Source: Octopus sinensis (lineage: Eukaryota). Taken from it: a stretch of 64,000 nucleotides of DNA. Made by a program: the position numbers and the translations under genes. Of this stretch, positions 37,398-52,739 are shown piece after piece. Position 1 is the first letter of the stretch, and every line of letters begins with the position of its first letter. Location: assembly GCF_006345805.1 (NCBI RefSeq), contig NC_043001.1:72354001-72418000 (forward strand), in the 5' to 3' direction. The notes below the pieces were generated by a model, which was given only the letters and a program-made list of their open reading frames with translations, was not told the origin of the DNA and searched no databases.

Positions 37398-38981
37398 ATC
37401 TATACAATATGTTACATTACTCGGTAGTCAAGATATAAAACCTGAGTTTCAGATGCCGAAGTGGAAATCCACAACACCATCTCTTCGGTTATGTGGCTAT
37501 TTGAAAACGTTATGAAAAAATACCGTAAAAATGAAGGGAAATTACTCTGTTATAACTCTGCTTTGCCTGCGTACTTTACATCGCTCGCATTTTCGTCATA
37601 AAAATTATATAAAAATACATAAAAAATATATAAAAATATATAAAAATATATAAAATCTTCTTGGGACATAACACAGAAAGCTGTTTCTATCCGTTTTTTA
37701 GGGGACCAAAAAACGTAACAGAAATTTAGTCACATGTGGGCATGATCCGAAAAGCTCTGTCCTTGTATTTAGACAGTGTAGGGTCTAAGCTGCTTTTCCA
37801 GATAAGCCATCTCTCCATGTCGCATAAACCGCACCTTCCGCTGCCGTTAGTATAGGGCTTACATCTGGCCAAAATCTTCCATTGTATGTTTATAATCGAC
37901 ACCTTTATCTCTAAAGACCAAATATGATTGGATAATTGTGTCGCTTTTCTTTGTTCCAGTGCCTAAAGCTCAAAGTGTGGTTATTGAACCTGGCCTTGAA
38001 ATTACCTCTGTCAGGCCCACGTATTTCTTCGTCGAAACGGTGTCTTTAGTGGTTATAGAGTTTACGGTAGCTTCATATATGATGGTCTTGGACATGCAAG
38101 CTCCATTTAGCGGGCACAATTCTTTATTCCTGCATGAACAGCTGTTTTCTTCTTGTGTTTTTTGTATGTTATGATTGATTATGTTTTTAAAATTGGTAGT
38201 TGAACTAAAACTAATTTTTAAATGTGTCTATTGAAGAGTTTCCTATAAGCATGGTTAACTGAAAATGTCTATCTATCAGTGCTAGGAAATATTTACCTAT
38301 ATTGAAGGCCACCTCCGGGTGAGTAAGGGGGCGTAAACCAGATGACCTTCCTATTTCTATTATTCCTTTTCCTTACTGTTGGGCTGGGTGATAGATGTAT
38401 ATTATATTTTTTCGCTAAAACCACTATCTTTTAAAGCTTTATTATAAACTGGGGCAACGCTATTGAAGATGTCCTCATTAGATGAGAGGCTAGAAACTCT
38501 TACTAATATTTTTAACTAAATTTTGAATACTATAGGGGATGGCATGAACCTACATAATATAACTTAGTCTATCATTGGGCTTCCTATAAGGCTTATAAAT
38601 ATTATTATTAAGATCTAAGGAAACGTCTCTGTGTTATGTCCAAGAAGATTTTATATATTTTATATATTTTTATATATTTTTATATATTTTTATGTATTTT
38701 TATATAATTTTTATGACGAAAAATGCGAGCGATGTATAAGTACGCAGGCAAGCAGAGCAGAGTTATAACAGAGTAATTTCCTTCATTTTTTTAACGGTAT
38801 TTTTTCATAACGTTTTCCAATAGCCAGATAACCGAAGAGATGGTGTTGTGGATTCCACTTCGGCATCTGAAACTCAGAGTTTTATCTTAACTACCGAGTA
38901 ATGTAACATATTGTATAGATAAATTTTCTATTACATAATATTGAGGTCTCTTTCTTTTCTTTTTTTATCTTACCGTTTTAT

Positions 38982-38986
<5 letters not shown>
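37398..38986 (-). mobile_element. Penelope-like element (RT C-terminus/linker + GIY-YIG remnant) with ~290-bp inverted pLTR arms
   Basis: Arms 37398-37687 and 38620-38920; minus strand gives SSNEDIFNSVAPVYNKALKDSGFSEKI and NSCSCRNKELCPLNGACMSKTIIYEATV, with frameshifts. Confidence 0.85.
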
Positions 38987-39022
<36 letters not shown>

Positions 39023-39184
39023 CGTGGCTGTGTGGTAAGAAGTTCACTTCTCAACCGTATAGTTCCGGGTTCAGTCTCCTGGGCAAGTGTCTTCTACTAT
39101 AGCCTCGTGCCGACTAAGCTTGTGAGTGTATTTGGTATATATATATATATATATATTTTATATATTGGCATGCATATATATATT

Positions 39185-39232
<48 letters not shown>

Positions 39233-40021
39233 TATATATATATATATGTAATATATTTATGTATTGGCACACACACACACACACCCACACATATATATAT
39301 ATGCCAAATCCACTTATATATTGTGTGTTTGTGTGTCTGTGTTTCTCTTTGACCGCAGTTTGACAACCAGTGTTAGTATGTTTACGTTTCCTTAACGTAG
39401 CGTTTCAGCTGTTAGATTAAGTACCAGGCTTAAAAATAAAGTGCTGAAGTCGATTCGTTGTGGCGGTGCTCCAGCTTGGCCAAAGTCTAATGACTAAAAC
39501 AAGTAAAAGATGAAAGATATACACGCTCACACTCACACAGGCCCACACACGCATACGCAAGTACACACATGCATAAGCATGCAAACACATGCATAGACAC
39601 ACACGCACACACGCAAACGCACGCATACATGCACATCCTTCCTTCTTTGTTTCCCTCCTAACTTCCTTCTGTACATAGGCGGTTTTCGTGTTACCGGATG
39701 ATTGAATCCTTATTATTGATTATTATGATCAGAAGTATCGATTAACTGACAATTACTCCCTTTTGACCTTTAGGTCAAAAAGTGTGATTCCAGCTTCTCA
39801 CTTGGCTTCACCCATTGGAGAAACTTTTTAAGATAACGAAAGACAAATTAGAGCTACTGTTACTATTGATTGCAGAGGTCTTATGTTACTGACCTGTGCT
39901 GCCTATGTACACCTTAGTATACGGGGTAATTTCACAGCTGAGTGTTTTGGTTAAATATTGTACTAGTGCTATTAACCTAGTAGATATTATTATTATCACT
40001 ATTGTTATATCTATTATTGTA

Positions 40022-40137
40022 TCTTCTTCTTCTTCTTCTTCTTCTTCTTCTTCTTCTTCTTCTTCTTCTTCTTCTTCTTCTTCTTCTTCTTCTTCTTCTT
40101 CTTCTTCTTCTTCTTCTTCTTCTTCTTCTTCTTCTTC
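40022..40137. repeat. (TCT)n microsatellite
   Basis: Direct observation. Confidence 0.95.
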
Positions 40138-40599
40138 TCCTCCCCCCCCTCTGAGGAAGTGCCTCTCCAATACCAAAACCGCATATATTACGTAATTTTT
40201 CTTTTAGAATTTTCACGTAAACTGGCGTTGCAAATATAGAGATGGTACGGAAACATATGTAACTTATTATCAAAGATGTGTTAAAGAATTTTCCTTTCAT
40301 TGGTATATATATATATATACATATACAGATATATATATATATAGATATATATATAATATATATATATATATAGGCGTAGAAGTGGCTGTGTGTTAGTAGC
40401 TTGTTACGAACCACATAGTTCCGGGTTCAGTCTCACTACGTGGCACCTTGGGCAAGTGTCTTCTACTATAGCCTAGGGCCGACCAAAGCCCGTCGTATAT
40501 ATGTATATATATATATATATATATATTCTTTCGTTCTTTTATATGTTTCAACCCTAAGGCTGTGGATATGCTGCAGCAACACCAGTGTTATCACCTTTC

Positions 40600-41045
40600 C
40601 AACGGCCAATCGTATGTGTGTGGAGGAGTTCCACGCTGCTGCTCTCTTTTGAGTTTCCTGCCTTGATATCGGTTCATCCCGGACATTGGATAGCAGGAGA
40701 TCAAGTTGTTTCTTAAAAACATATACCCTTATCCATGAAGATCCCTCAGATGTTTTCGCAAGGCGTTAAATAGCTTTGGGCTCTTGAATCTCAAGCTTTT
40801 GCAGTACATGGTCCTAATTCTAGATGGGGTAGCTGGAAAATTGCTGTAACGTCCTTTCGGGGGCTGGTATAACTCTCGATATCAAAGTTTGGTGCCAGCC
40901 TTTCTAGGATCTTCCATACCTATATCACTGCATACCTCTCTCGTCTTCGTTCAAGGGACTAGAGTTGTAGCTCTTTCAATCTCTCTCAGTAGCTCAGCTG
41001 TTCCATTGGTGCAATCTTCCTGGTGTAGCACCGCTGAACTACCTC
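40600..41045 (-). mobile_element. CR1/L2-group LINE RT C-terminal fragment
   Basis: LEVVQRCYTRKIAPMEQLSY*ERLKEL...PSRIRTMYC.SL.F..PKLFNAL. Confidence 0.75.
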
Positions 41046-42532
41046 AAGTTCCGCTATTAATTCGACACTGTAGAGTGACCACAGTTGAGAGTAGTAGTTC
41101 AGAGAGCTGAGTACAAATGTCCTCCATAGAACCAATATGATTTTCTGGTCCCTTGTTCTGAAGGTTCTCAGAATCTATCCGGCCATTCGCGTGCACATTG
41201 TCAGCAGCTTGGTGATATGTATGCGAAACGAATATATATGTTGTTATGAAAGTAACGGTAGTGAAAAAAATGTATATAAATATCATGAACTCTGCTGTTG
41301 TTCGACGACGTATGAGGGTTCAGCAATTTCTTATTTCTTTATTGCCCACAAGGGTCTAAACATAGAGGGGACAATCAAGGACAGACAAAGGGATTAAGTC
41401 GATTGTATCGACCCCAGTGCGTAATTGGTACTTATTTAATCGATCCCGAAAGGATGAAAGGCAAAGTTGACTTCGGCGGAATTTGAACTCAGAATGTAGC
41501 GGCAGTCGAAATACCGCTAAGCGTTTCGCCCGGTGTGCTAACGATTCTGCCAGCTCGCCGCCTTCTTACCGAACAACCACACAGTGGTTTCTTACCGAAC
41601 AACCTCATAGTGATCAAATGTTTGCGTACACATAAGCTCATTCACTCCATCAGATCGACATTACCTGTACAGGTAATATATATATTCACACACATATATG
41701 CATACATATTTACACACACGCGCGCGCATATGTAAATGTGTACAAATATAAATACACATTCATATATATAGATATGTATACACTCACGTGATAGTATATA
41801 CTTATGTATGTACGTATGCATGTATGTTCGTGTATATATATATATATACACACACACATTGATATACATATATACATTAGACACATTTATACATAGATAT
41901 GCATACGTACACACGCGTGCGCAGGCAAACATACGTAGATGTACATATATATGCACACATGTAGATATATAAATATATATATGCACATTTACATTCATAT
42001 ACAATCATCTCGCGTGTAGAAGATACATCTGACGTTTTTATCCCTATCTCAATTAACAGTCTTAATCCTGACATTAGCTTTAACCTTGTATAAATCTCAC
42101 ACTCCGTCTTAGATTAATCCCCTATTCCAGCCAGCAATCCCAACATTTTTAAACTCTAAATACATTACTTTGTCATCGATAACTAATTGTCTGTGAATTC
42201 ACTGACCCAGACGATAAAATGGCTGTTTGCCTGCACTTATTGCAGACGAATAGCTTCTAAATGTTGTTCATATATTCTCCCCACCATCGTAGATCAGCCC
42301 TAATTCAGTAGGCCTATGATCAAAGGCATTCCTGTCGTGAACATCCAGTCCTATTCCTCTTCGGGTAGAGTGTATGTAGGGGTACATTTAATGTGCTCTT
42401 CATTTTTTCAAGTTAGTAGGGTGAGATATAAAAGAAATGTGTCTGTTACTTTTAGCGAATGTTAGCCCAGTGGTTTGAATGTTGTGATCAAAAGTACTGT
42501 ACTGTGTTCTGACTGTAATGTAAAAAGTAAGG

Positions 42533-42632
<100 letters not shown>

Positions 42633-42921
42633 GTCTATCTGTCTGTCTATCTATCTGTCTGTCTGTCTGTCTGTCTGCCTGCCTGTCTGCCTGCCTGCCT
42701 GCCTGTCTGTCTGTCTATCTATCTATATGTATATATGTAGTTGAAATTTACAGAAAAACAAAAGATGAAGACAAGAGTATAAATAACAAGAAGGTGAATT
42801 AGTTTGACACTTGGGAAAGTGAGAAAGTCATTTACGTTTTGTGCCTACGTTCTTCAACAGAAAGGAGCACGATGAAATAAACATATATATATATATATAT
42901 ATATAATATATATATATATAT

Positions 42922-42959
<38 letters not shown>

Positions 42960-42992
42960 TTATATATATATAATATATATATGTATGTATAT

Positions 42993-43035
<43 letters not shown>

Positions 43036-43061
43036 ATATATATATATATATTATATATATA

Positions 43062-43097
<36 letters not shown>

Positions 43098-43098
43098 A

Positions 43099-43141
<43 letters not shown>

Positions 43142-43142
43142 G

Positions 43143-43194
<52 letters not shown>

Positions 43195-43317
43195 TATATA
43201 TTATATATATATATGTATGTTTATATATATATATATATATATATATATGTTATATATATATGTATGTATGTATGTTTAATATATAATATATATATATATA
43301 TATATATAATATATATA

Positions 43318-43381
<64 letters not shown>

Positions 43382-44799
43382 GTGTGTGTGAAAATTAGAA
43401 TTCATATATATCTGTGTGTATGAAAATTAGAATTCATTTCATTAATTGTATAACCTACAGTAAATTTGATAATTATAATTATTATATGCATGCGATATTT
43501 CCTGATAATACCCATAGTGACAAAAGTATACTTCGATATTTCCTGATAATACCCATAGTGACAAAAGTATACTTCCAAAGATACTCATCAGATAACAGGT
43601 AACACTCTAAGACTAAGTGTAATGATTAATTGGTACATTATTTTTATTAACAAACATTTTATAAATACATTTCTTTCTTTTGCGCATATCAACTTCTGCG
43701 TTGGTTGCAAAACGTGTATGCGCATGCACATGCACGTACACGCTCAGCTTATATGGGAAGCACTAGTGGGATTATAATTAATGATATAGATAGCTTGAGA
43801 CTGCTGCTCTGTCACTGATTCTTTTTCTCAAGTTTTGATGTACAAACTATACAATTGATGAATATTTTATTAAACTGTAATATTAGCTTTAAATACCACA
43901 TTAGTTATTGCTCGTAGGCGTAGTAAGGCCGAATGGCTAAGAAGTCCGCTTCGTAATCTTGATGTTCCGGATTGAACCCCACAGAATGGCATCTTAGAAA
44001 AATGTTATTTTCTACAGCCCTGTGTCGCTACATACCTTGTGAGTAAAACTGGGTCGATAAAAACTGTACTGAATCCCTGGCACTCCGTCAGTTTTGATGA
44101 CGAGAGTTCCTAGAAGTTCTAGATTTCATCCCACTGAGAGGCATCTTGGACAAATGTCATTTTCTACGGCTCCGGCTCATTTCAGTTGTTGCTTGAACTG
44201 TAGGTACGATGTTTGTAGTGTTTCTAGGAAAGATTTCTGTACGTAATCCTATCTGAATTGACCTTCTGGAAACATTGCATGTCAAAACCCCTCCTGGGCC
44301 TTAATGTGCCAGCTGTATGGAATCCATGTCTCGCACCCACATATGAGAGTAAAAAGAGAGCCAGCCTGTTAAATGAGGACATTAATACGGTAGCTGAAAT
44401 TGCTGTTTAGAAAGATTATTTTTTCTGAGTCTCCCAAAAAACAGAAACCTGTCTGGGACAATTTAGATTCTCCCCTTCTATTGTGTATAGTTGGAAATGA
44501 TGCTACATAGGGACCTGAACTGGGAGGATAAGGTTAGTTGTTGCTGTTATTCTGAGAAATTAGGGAGGAATGATGGCAGTATAGCATGTGAGTTTTGTGC
44601 ATTAATTTGTCAGACCCATATTTTCATAAGCTATAATGGCTGCTGTGATGATAACCCGTAGGGCTTCCTGAGTATAGTCATCAACATATTGTACTCAATT
44701 ATCAATTCATATCCGAATTTTGTGGGCTGTACCCTTCTGATATAGAAACGGCTCCCGTCGTGTAAACTGATTCCCGGCTCATCTTCATCCTTCCTCAGA

Positions 44800-46250
44800 G
44801 CAACGTGGTCATGCAAACGCAGAGGATATTAAACAATACATGGCTTAGCATGCAACCTTGTTTTACTCTCGTTTTTACATTCACATACTCAAGTTTCTGT
44901 CCTCCAACAGCAACTCGGTCCATCATCCCTGAGCGGAAAGCAGATCTGTTACATACGGAAAGCAGTCTGGACAAAATGAATTACAAGATAAAGACAAAAA
45001 CGAAGAGGGAAGGATAGGCGGGTGCTCGATCAGTTCTTGTGAGAGATACCCGAATAACAGACTCTTGTGGTTACAAAAATTGACCTGGAACCTAAAAGAG
45101 AGGTCTTGATAAGTGCAGCACAGAAACAAGCATTGAGAACAAACTACATCTAGTACAAACTTGACAAATCAGCAGAATCTGATAAATGCAGAATATGTGC
45201 TGAAACTTGAGAGACAGTGTGGCACATTTTAAACGAATGCGGCAAAGTAGCTCAGAGAAAATGCAAGAAAAGTTATGACATGTTTTGATTGGAATGAGCC
45301 AGAAAGTTATATAAATACGAAACAACGGGTGTGGTAGAAAATGACACAATAAAGATCTTTTGGGACTTCATGATCTAATGAGATCATAGAATCGAACATC
45401 AGAAGCCCGATATTGTAGTGGTAGACTAAAAAAGAAAAAGTCATGTCTGATCATTGGAATCGCTTGCCCTGATGGCAGCAAAATCGTCACAAGAAGAAAA
45501 AAACTGACGTGACATGAAACTCTGAGGATAGAAATCAAACAGTTGTGACCAATGTAAAAAGTGTATATTATGCCAATAATTGTTGGTGCCCTACAGTGAG
45601 TAAAAAAAATGAAAATTGGTTGGAAATTAAAGGAATAAAAAAAAAAAAAATAGAGCATATCAGTATTACTTGGCTGCGCGTGGAGTCTCCGCGAAGTTCT
45701 TCAGACTTGAAAAGTACCACCTTAGTTCCCAGCTGGCATATTCATGACATCGCCGGCAACAAATGAGTATGTTAGATATGGTGATGATAATGAATGCTCT
45801 GATGCAGTACAAGGCACTGGCTCTCATGGTTTTTAGAATTTAAATGATTGGAAGTGTTATTATGTACATTGTTTTGTCTCGGTATAAAAGATGGGCTACA
45901 ACAAATATTTTGCTCAATACCGCAGATTTGCTTGTCAGTTGTTTGACTTTAACCACACGTAAATGACAAAGAGCTGAAAAACATGGAGAAATGCTGACTA
46001 CTGAAAGACGAAATTGCAAGAATGTGGGCAATGAGGAGAGTAACTATTATCCCAGTAGTTGTAGGGGGACTCGGAGCACTAACAACCAGGTTCGAGAAAT
46101 ATGTCGGAGAAATTGGAATTGATATGAGGGGAAAGCAGGCCTCCCAAAAACTGCTCTATTGGGGATAGCTAGGATTTTGAGATTGGTGCTTGGGTGTTGA
46201 GTGTCTTCCACGATAAGTTAATATCCCGGTACCAAAGCTTAAAATTTGCA
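44800..46250 (+). mobile_element. Cluster of degraded R4/Dong-type RLE fragments with an element X fragment
   Basis: CRICAET, KIFWDF, KPDIVV and IIPVVVGGLG remnants across frames. Confidence 0.65.
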
Positions 46251-46725
46251 GAAAGAGCCCATGTGCTACCTCTGACAATAGGTTGCTGTTCACGCTCACA
46301 GGTCAAGAGCTCTAAGTAGTAAAAAACAACAACAACAACAATGGATTCAAATTATGGCAAAAGGCCAGAAATATCAGGCGAGGAGCTAAGTCCATTACAT
46401 CGACCCCAGTGTTCAAATGGTACTTATTTTATCAACCCCGAAAGGATGAAAGGCAAAGTCGACCTCACCGGAATTTGAACTCAAAACGTAAGGATGGACG
46501 AAATGCCGCTAAGCATTTTGTCCTCCGTGCTAACGATTCTTCCATCCTTTCTACAATAGGTATAAGGCATGAAATTTGGGAGAGGGGGATAATCAGTTGC
46601 ATCGACCCCAGTGTTTCACTGGTACTTAATTCATCGACTCCGAGAGGATGACAGTCAAAGTCAACCTCGGCGGAATTTGAACTGAGAACGTAGCGGCAGA
46701 CGAAATACCAATAATGATGATGATA

Positions 46726-46773
<48 letters not shown>

Positions 46774-46804
46774 ATGATAATAATAATAATAATAATAATA
46801 AGAA

Positions 46805-46835
<31 letters not shown>

Positions 46836-46844
46836 AGCCCTCAG

Positions 46845-47178
46845 AGAGCGCAAGCCTTCGCTAAGGCAACACCAACGTCCTCTCAAAGATTAGCCGGAGA
46901 TGACTTTTAAAATAAGAATATCCGAAATAAACTCGACTACTCTCACAAACGAGAATACTAAAAATTAACCCGAACGTTCTCAAAAATTAAGTAAAGAAAC
47001 CAGAAAAATAATTCAGAATCCTTTCCGGTACCGGATCAATCTCAAATTCTAACGAGTTCGTGCCATTCACGGGGCCAAATATTCCTGAAAGTTTCATCCA
47101 AATCCATCCAGTTGTTCTTGAGATATCTTGCCCACGGGCAAACAAACAAACACAACTAAAAATAATACCTCCGCCTAA
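46845..47178 (+). mobile_element. Putative non-autonomous Helentron/Helitron-like element in a microsatellite
   Basis: GAGCCCTCAGAGAGCGCAAGCCTTCGCTAAGGC start; AAAGTTTCATCCAAATCC..GAGATATCTTG..CAAACAAACAAAC..TACCTCCGCC end. Layout resemblance only. Confidence 0.45.
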
Positions 47179-47188
47179 TAATATTAAC

Positions 47189-47235
<47 letters not shown>

Positions 47236-48119
47236 TAATAATAATAATAATAATAATGATGATGATGATGATGATAATAATAATAGTAACTTTGTGTGGA
47301 AGTTACATGGAGCTGAGTGGAAGAAAGGAAGAGGAGGGCGAATGACAGTATGCAAAATATGTGATGCAGTCCTCCTGATCCAGAACCTCCATTTAGGGCT
47401 AATCAAGGAACCCCGCAAATCTAGGATTACCTTGACCATCGGGAGTACGAGCCGTCGTACAACTGTTGTCCTCCAATCTACAGGTGCATACTTAAAGCAG
47501 CTTCATTCACCTTAACAATTTTTATCTCTGTTATCCACCTTTTGACAAATTCACTGGAAAAGAGCACCTACCCCTCCACTCTCACATTTTATATAGAACT
47601 TCAAAAAGTCGATGAGGTCTTGACCAAACATCAAGATGTCTGTTCAAAATCATTTCAGCCTCGTTCACTGCACAGTCTCTTTAGCGATAGCCACTAGGCA
47701 GAGAGACATTGCCAGCCTGTCCGTCAAGAGCGGTAGACGTCGCTACCTGCTGTTCACTTTGGTATTCTCATAGCTGGAGAAGGGTTGAAGATGAGATGTA
47801 TAGTTAGTATTACCAAAAAGTGTAGAGTTATTCAAGGCTTCTCCAACGAAATATTTAAGTGTCTCGTATGCAGCCGGAAGGGATGATGTACAGTTGTCAA
47901 AAGATCTAGAACTGAAGGAGCAGCTGGTCATCAAAGGATTTGATGGACAATCATAAAACAAATATATGTGTATATGTTTGTGTAAATACACGTGCGTGCA
48001 TGCATGTGAGTTTATATTGGCGTATATTTGTGTTTGTGTTAATATATATGTATCGATTTCTAATTAATAAAACAAATCAATTACCGATCAACCAGTAAAC
48101 AGTTACTGCTTCTGCTGCT

Positions 48120-48360
48120 CCATGCTCTTGTTTGATGGGGCTGGGGTCATCCCAGGCAAGTGGTCCCAGAGATACCATCATGCTTTGAGCCGACCAGGTC
48201 TACCAGTGCTCTCCATCGCTGGCTGTTTCGTGTCAGTTCCTCTGCATTCTCCATAGTGACGTCGAGCCTCTGAAGAACTTCCCCAGTCACGTCCAGTCAT
48301 CTGATGTAGGGCCTGCCTCGAGGCCTCTTACAGCCTTCAGCGGCTAAGTCGAATGAAAGT
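48120..48360 (-). mobile_element. RTE-clade LINE 3' end fragment
   Basis: KRPRGRP.IR.LDVTGEVLQRLDVTMENAEELTRNSQRWRALVDLVGS. Confidence 0.75.
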
Positions 48361-51300
48361 AAAGCCATAGTACAGGGTATGACAGAAAAAATCTCCCATA
48401 CTTTACTAAAATAAAGCTCCCATACTTTACGGGAAAAATCTCCTTTACATACCGAGTGTAGCGCTGGCAAGATTAGGTAGTTGGTAAAGAAGTCTTTTTA
48501 ATTACCGTGTTGAAACGTTTATCAAAAATGGTGATTCTAGGAGGGTGCTTTTGTTGCACTCTGTATTTAGATCATACAATTCTGTCCAATCAATTAACTT
48601 GCTTTTAAAACTATGCAGTTATTTATCCATAAACCATCGCTGTTATTGAATTTCAATAACTAGTTATCGATGCAGTCAATAACTTTGATTGAAATTGACG
48701 ATACTGAAAAAATAAAAATAAAAAGAGAAAATTTCATTTAATTCTTGTTGATGCTGTTTAGACCATAAATTCTTTAGGTTTGTCTCAACACAAGGATACA
48801 GACTAATTTACGTCATAAGATTTATGATTACATCAAGAACATTTTAGCAAATTGGCAGCTAGGTAAAAAACAAAAAAACAAATCTGTGGTTCCGGTTATG
48901 TGTCAAGAAAACTGAAATAAAGAAAGCTTAAAAAAGACTGATTTTTCGGACGAAAAATACTTAAGTCCGAAAAGGTGGCGAGGTGGCGGAATCGTTAGCA
49001 CGTCAGACAAAATGACTCTTTAGTTTCTGAGTTCAAATCCCACAGAGGTTAATTTTACCTTTCATCTCTTCTGGATCGATAAGATATAATATCAATCAAA
49101 TACTTGAGTCGATGTATTCAACTTGCACCCTCCCATCAAAATTGCCGGCCCTGAATCTTGCAGCGGACCGGCGTTTCTGTTTACGGGGAATGCTGTGATC
49201 TCGGCCATTTATACGCCATTGAAACCAAGTAACAGACCTCATGAGTTTTAGAGCTAATGAAAAAAAAAAAAAAAAAAAAAAAATTGAAAATTACGATTGC
49301 GTAGTACTTTTATCATAGAGTGTAGGATGACAGGGATAAACTTCTGGAAATTCATGTTATTTGCGATACGTTAGCGTTACTCGGTTGTACCATTCCACCG
49401 AAATAGATTTTTATACTTTTTTTGACCTTTGATTAAAACGTTTCCTTACATCTCACTTCAGTTGTCATCACCATACATTTTTGAATAAAAACAAATCACC
49501 AACAAAACCAATGACCCAGTCTTCAGTAATACAACAATGGTCTGTACTTGTTTGAAGATGATATAAAACAATTTCTGTTGAAACTCTACATATCTTCAAA
49601 CTTACCCGACCTCTGGGAAATAGGCATGAATGTCATATAATCGCTTTTTACTCCACTCTGTCCGAAACCTTATATATATATATATATGCACACACACACA
49701 ACAGAATAACGCTGTCATGTCTACAGCAGATGTGGGTTCGTGTTTCACGGGCAGCCTCCGACTTTTTCTATCTAAAAATGTTTTTCAACTCAATAATTAC
49801 AAGCTACTATCTAGAGCTTTATGTGATGTGCTGCGAGATAAAAAAAAGATTATCTTACGTTATCTCAAAAGTTTACACAAAATTCCAATGGCATCAACCA
49901 CAACCCAATCCCAGTGTCGCCCACTAAAACTAACGTGCAAGATGTATTCAGAAAGATCACTAAGCTCCTGAAGAAGTCTGGTAGTTCTGTCTTCATTAGG
50001 GAATAGGCTTCTAATAGGGCACTACTTTCGCATTAATTCACATTCAGATTCCACAAGATCTTAAAGAAATAGGTTTTCTGTCTTTTCTAAACAACACAGC
50101 CATCACAGATTCTCCAAGCAAACCAGTAACAGTGTGCCTCTCGCAGTCGGCCAAGCTATGAACCAGGACAGTGTATCAAAAACTCTAATCTCGCTGATGA
50201 TTACCACATCAAAATCAAGTTACTTGAGGTTATGGGACAGGTAGTTCTTCTCCAGCAATGGGTATTGAAATATACACTGCGGTAGTCGAAAGAAGAGACA
50301 AAAAAAGTAGTAGAAATTGTATTTATGTCTTCAGAGTTTTTCATTTAGCTCTTCAAAGGGGTTCATATGGTATAGGAGCTTTAGTATAGGATCAAAGGGG
50401 TTCGTAAGGAATATGTGCTTTAGTACAAGGATGAAATATTTTTGCTTTGTTGTTATACTGTAACTATTATTTTACCAACAGCCTACTCTTTGAAGTGACG
50501 GTACGTAGACTAGTGCTTACGGTGTTGCATTCACGATCTTGCGATCGTGATTTTGGTTCCTGGTCTAGGCAGTGTGTTCTGTTCTCCAGCAAAACACTTC
50601 ATTTCTCGTCGCTCCAGTCCATTCACATGTAAATGAATAACCCTGCGACAGATTGGCGTCCAGTTCAGAGGGCGTATTTTGATCTTGGTTATTTATACGC
50701 CATGGAAACCGGGTAACCGGCACCATGAGTGGTAGGATTTGAGGCAAGAATGTCAAGGGAATGATGATGATATCCTTTTAAAGTTTCTGGAAGAAATCAT
50801 TTAGATCTTCGACGAGCAAAGTGTTTTATTATTGTTTTGTAAGTTCATTCATGTTATTTCTTCAAACAGCCACCAAATTGAAGACTTGTAGGTGGACGGC
50901 TGACCTTCTATGAGTGATTCTGACTCTCATTGCTTTCAGACAGGATGGCCTCTTTATGATTTCACTTGTTTTCAAGTTTCATTTCCTCCCTATGGCCGGA
51001 AGAAGATTGTCTGGAAGCATTATCTGGAATTTCTGACTGACTGTGTTAGAAGTAAATTGTATTACTTCGGAAGAGAAAATCGTTTGCTGGCAAGAAAACC
51101 TTCAAAAGGATATCACTGTTTGAGGATTTCAACTTCCGGAAGTTTACCAGATATAGATGATGAAATGGCTAAATGATGGATCATATTAAACCTCATAATA
51201 ATTTACTTTTGCTTTTCTCACAAACTTTGAAAGGGCGTTTTGAAGACGAAATACGAGCTTTAAGTTAATGTAAACAAGTTTATTACGAAGGACGGGTAAT

Positions 51301-51453
51301 ATAAATTGTGATTCTTATACATTTATTCGTGTAAACCGTACATCTAGTGACCTCTGCATTTTGAAATAGGTTAAAGATGATTTTGATATTGGTTCAAAAT
51401 ATCAAACTTTGGAGATGAGGAATAATTGGTTATATTGACCTTGTCAGTGATAC

Positions 51454-51488
<35 letters not shown>

Positions 51489-51539
51489 ATGATGATGATT
51501 ATGATGATGATGATGATGATGATAATAATAATAATAATA

Positions 51540-51574
<35 letters not shown>

Positions 51575-51632
51575 GTGATAATAACTGTAATAATAATAAC
51601 AACAACAGCAACAACAATAACAATAATAATAA

Positions 51633-51757
51633 TCAGAAAAGTATTAGATAGCTGTAAAGAACGGATATCATGGTACCGTAGGCTGGTGGTAGTAAGCCAG
51701 CTGCGCATGCAAGATTCCAGGAATTCTAACAAAACCTGTGATAAAAAGAAATAATAA
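51633..51757 (+). mobile_element. Short R4/Dong 3' end after a TAA tract
   Basis: Homologous to the 3' end of the 29110-30460 element. Confidence 0.7.
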
Positions 51758-52691
51758 TCGATCCCAGTGTCAATGATACTTATTTTATTGATTCGGAAAA
51801 GATGTAAGGCAAAATCGACTTCGGCGGAATTTGAACTCAGAACGTAGCGGCAGACGAAATATCGCTAAGCATTTCGTCCGGCATTCTAACATTTCTGCCA
51901 GCTCGCCGCCTTAATAACAACAATAAAACAATCCCAGAAGAAGAACACAACTCGCATGTATACAAACTACTGGTACTCTGTCTGTTACAACGACACGGGT
52001 TCCAGATTAAGGTAACAGACTGCTCAAGAAATTAGCTTGCAAGTGGCTGACAATCCACAGACACGCGTACCCTTATTGTTGTTCTCAAAGAGATTCAGCA
52101 TGACACAGAATGTAACAAGGCTGGCCCTTTGAAATATAGGTACTACTCATTTTTTCCAGCAAAGTGGACTCGAGCAACGTGAAATAAAGTGTCTTGCTCA
52201 AGGACACAACGCGTCGCCGGTTTTCGAACTCACTACCCTATGATCGTGAGCCGAATACGCCAGACTCAAACCAACCTCCATAATAAAACAAACTGATGCA
52301 GTACAACAACAACAACAACAATAATGATAATAATAATGTGACAACAGGATCAAAGAGAAAGAAGAAAAACTGAACATCAATGACGATTTGAAGAGGGAAA
52401 CACGCAGGTTGTGGACAATGAAGAGAGTGGACGTGAGAGAATTAGTAATTAATTAGACCAGTAGTAATTGGCGCACTTGGAAGTATCAGGACTCAACTAC
52501 CAACGTGGCTGAAAAAGATTGGTATAAATATAAAGATAAAATACCCACAAAAATTCATCATTGCTTGGAACTGCGACAATTCTCCGCAGGGTTCTTGAAG
52601 CATAATCAGTAAACAAGTGTCACCTTAGTCAGCTGGCTGTGGACAGCTGACTTTACATCGTACCCATCAAAATAAGCTGAGAGTTTTAATC

Positions 52692-52739
<48 letters not shown>

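Noticed and set aside
47340-47960. Protein-like stretch (VLPKSVELFKASPTKYLSVSYAAGRDD...)
   Set aside because: Bounded by stops, with no splice signals or recognisable domain; needs tblastx
49700-51240. Possible old LINE RT or transposase remnants
   Set aside because: Only weak resemblance in short frames; cannot be assigned without a search
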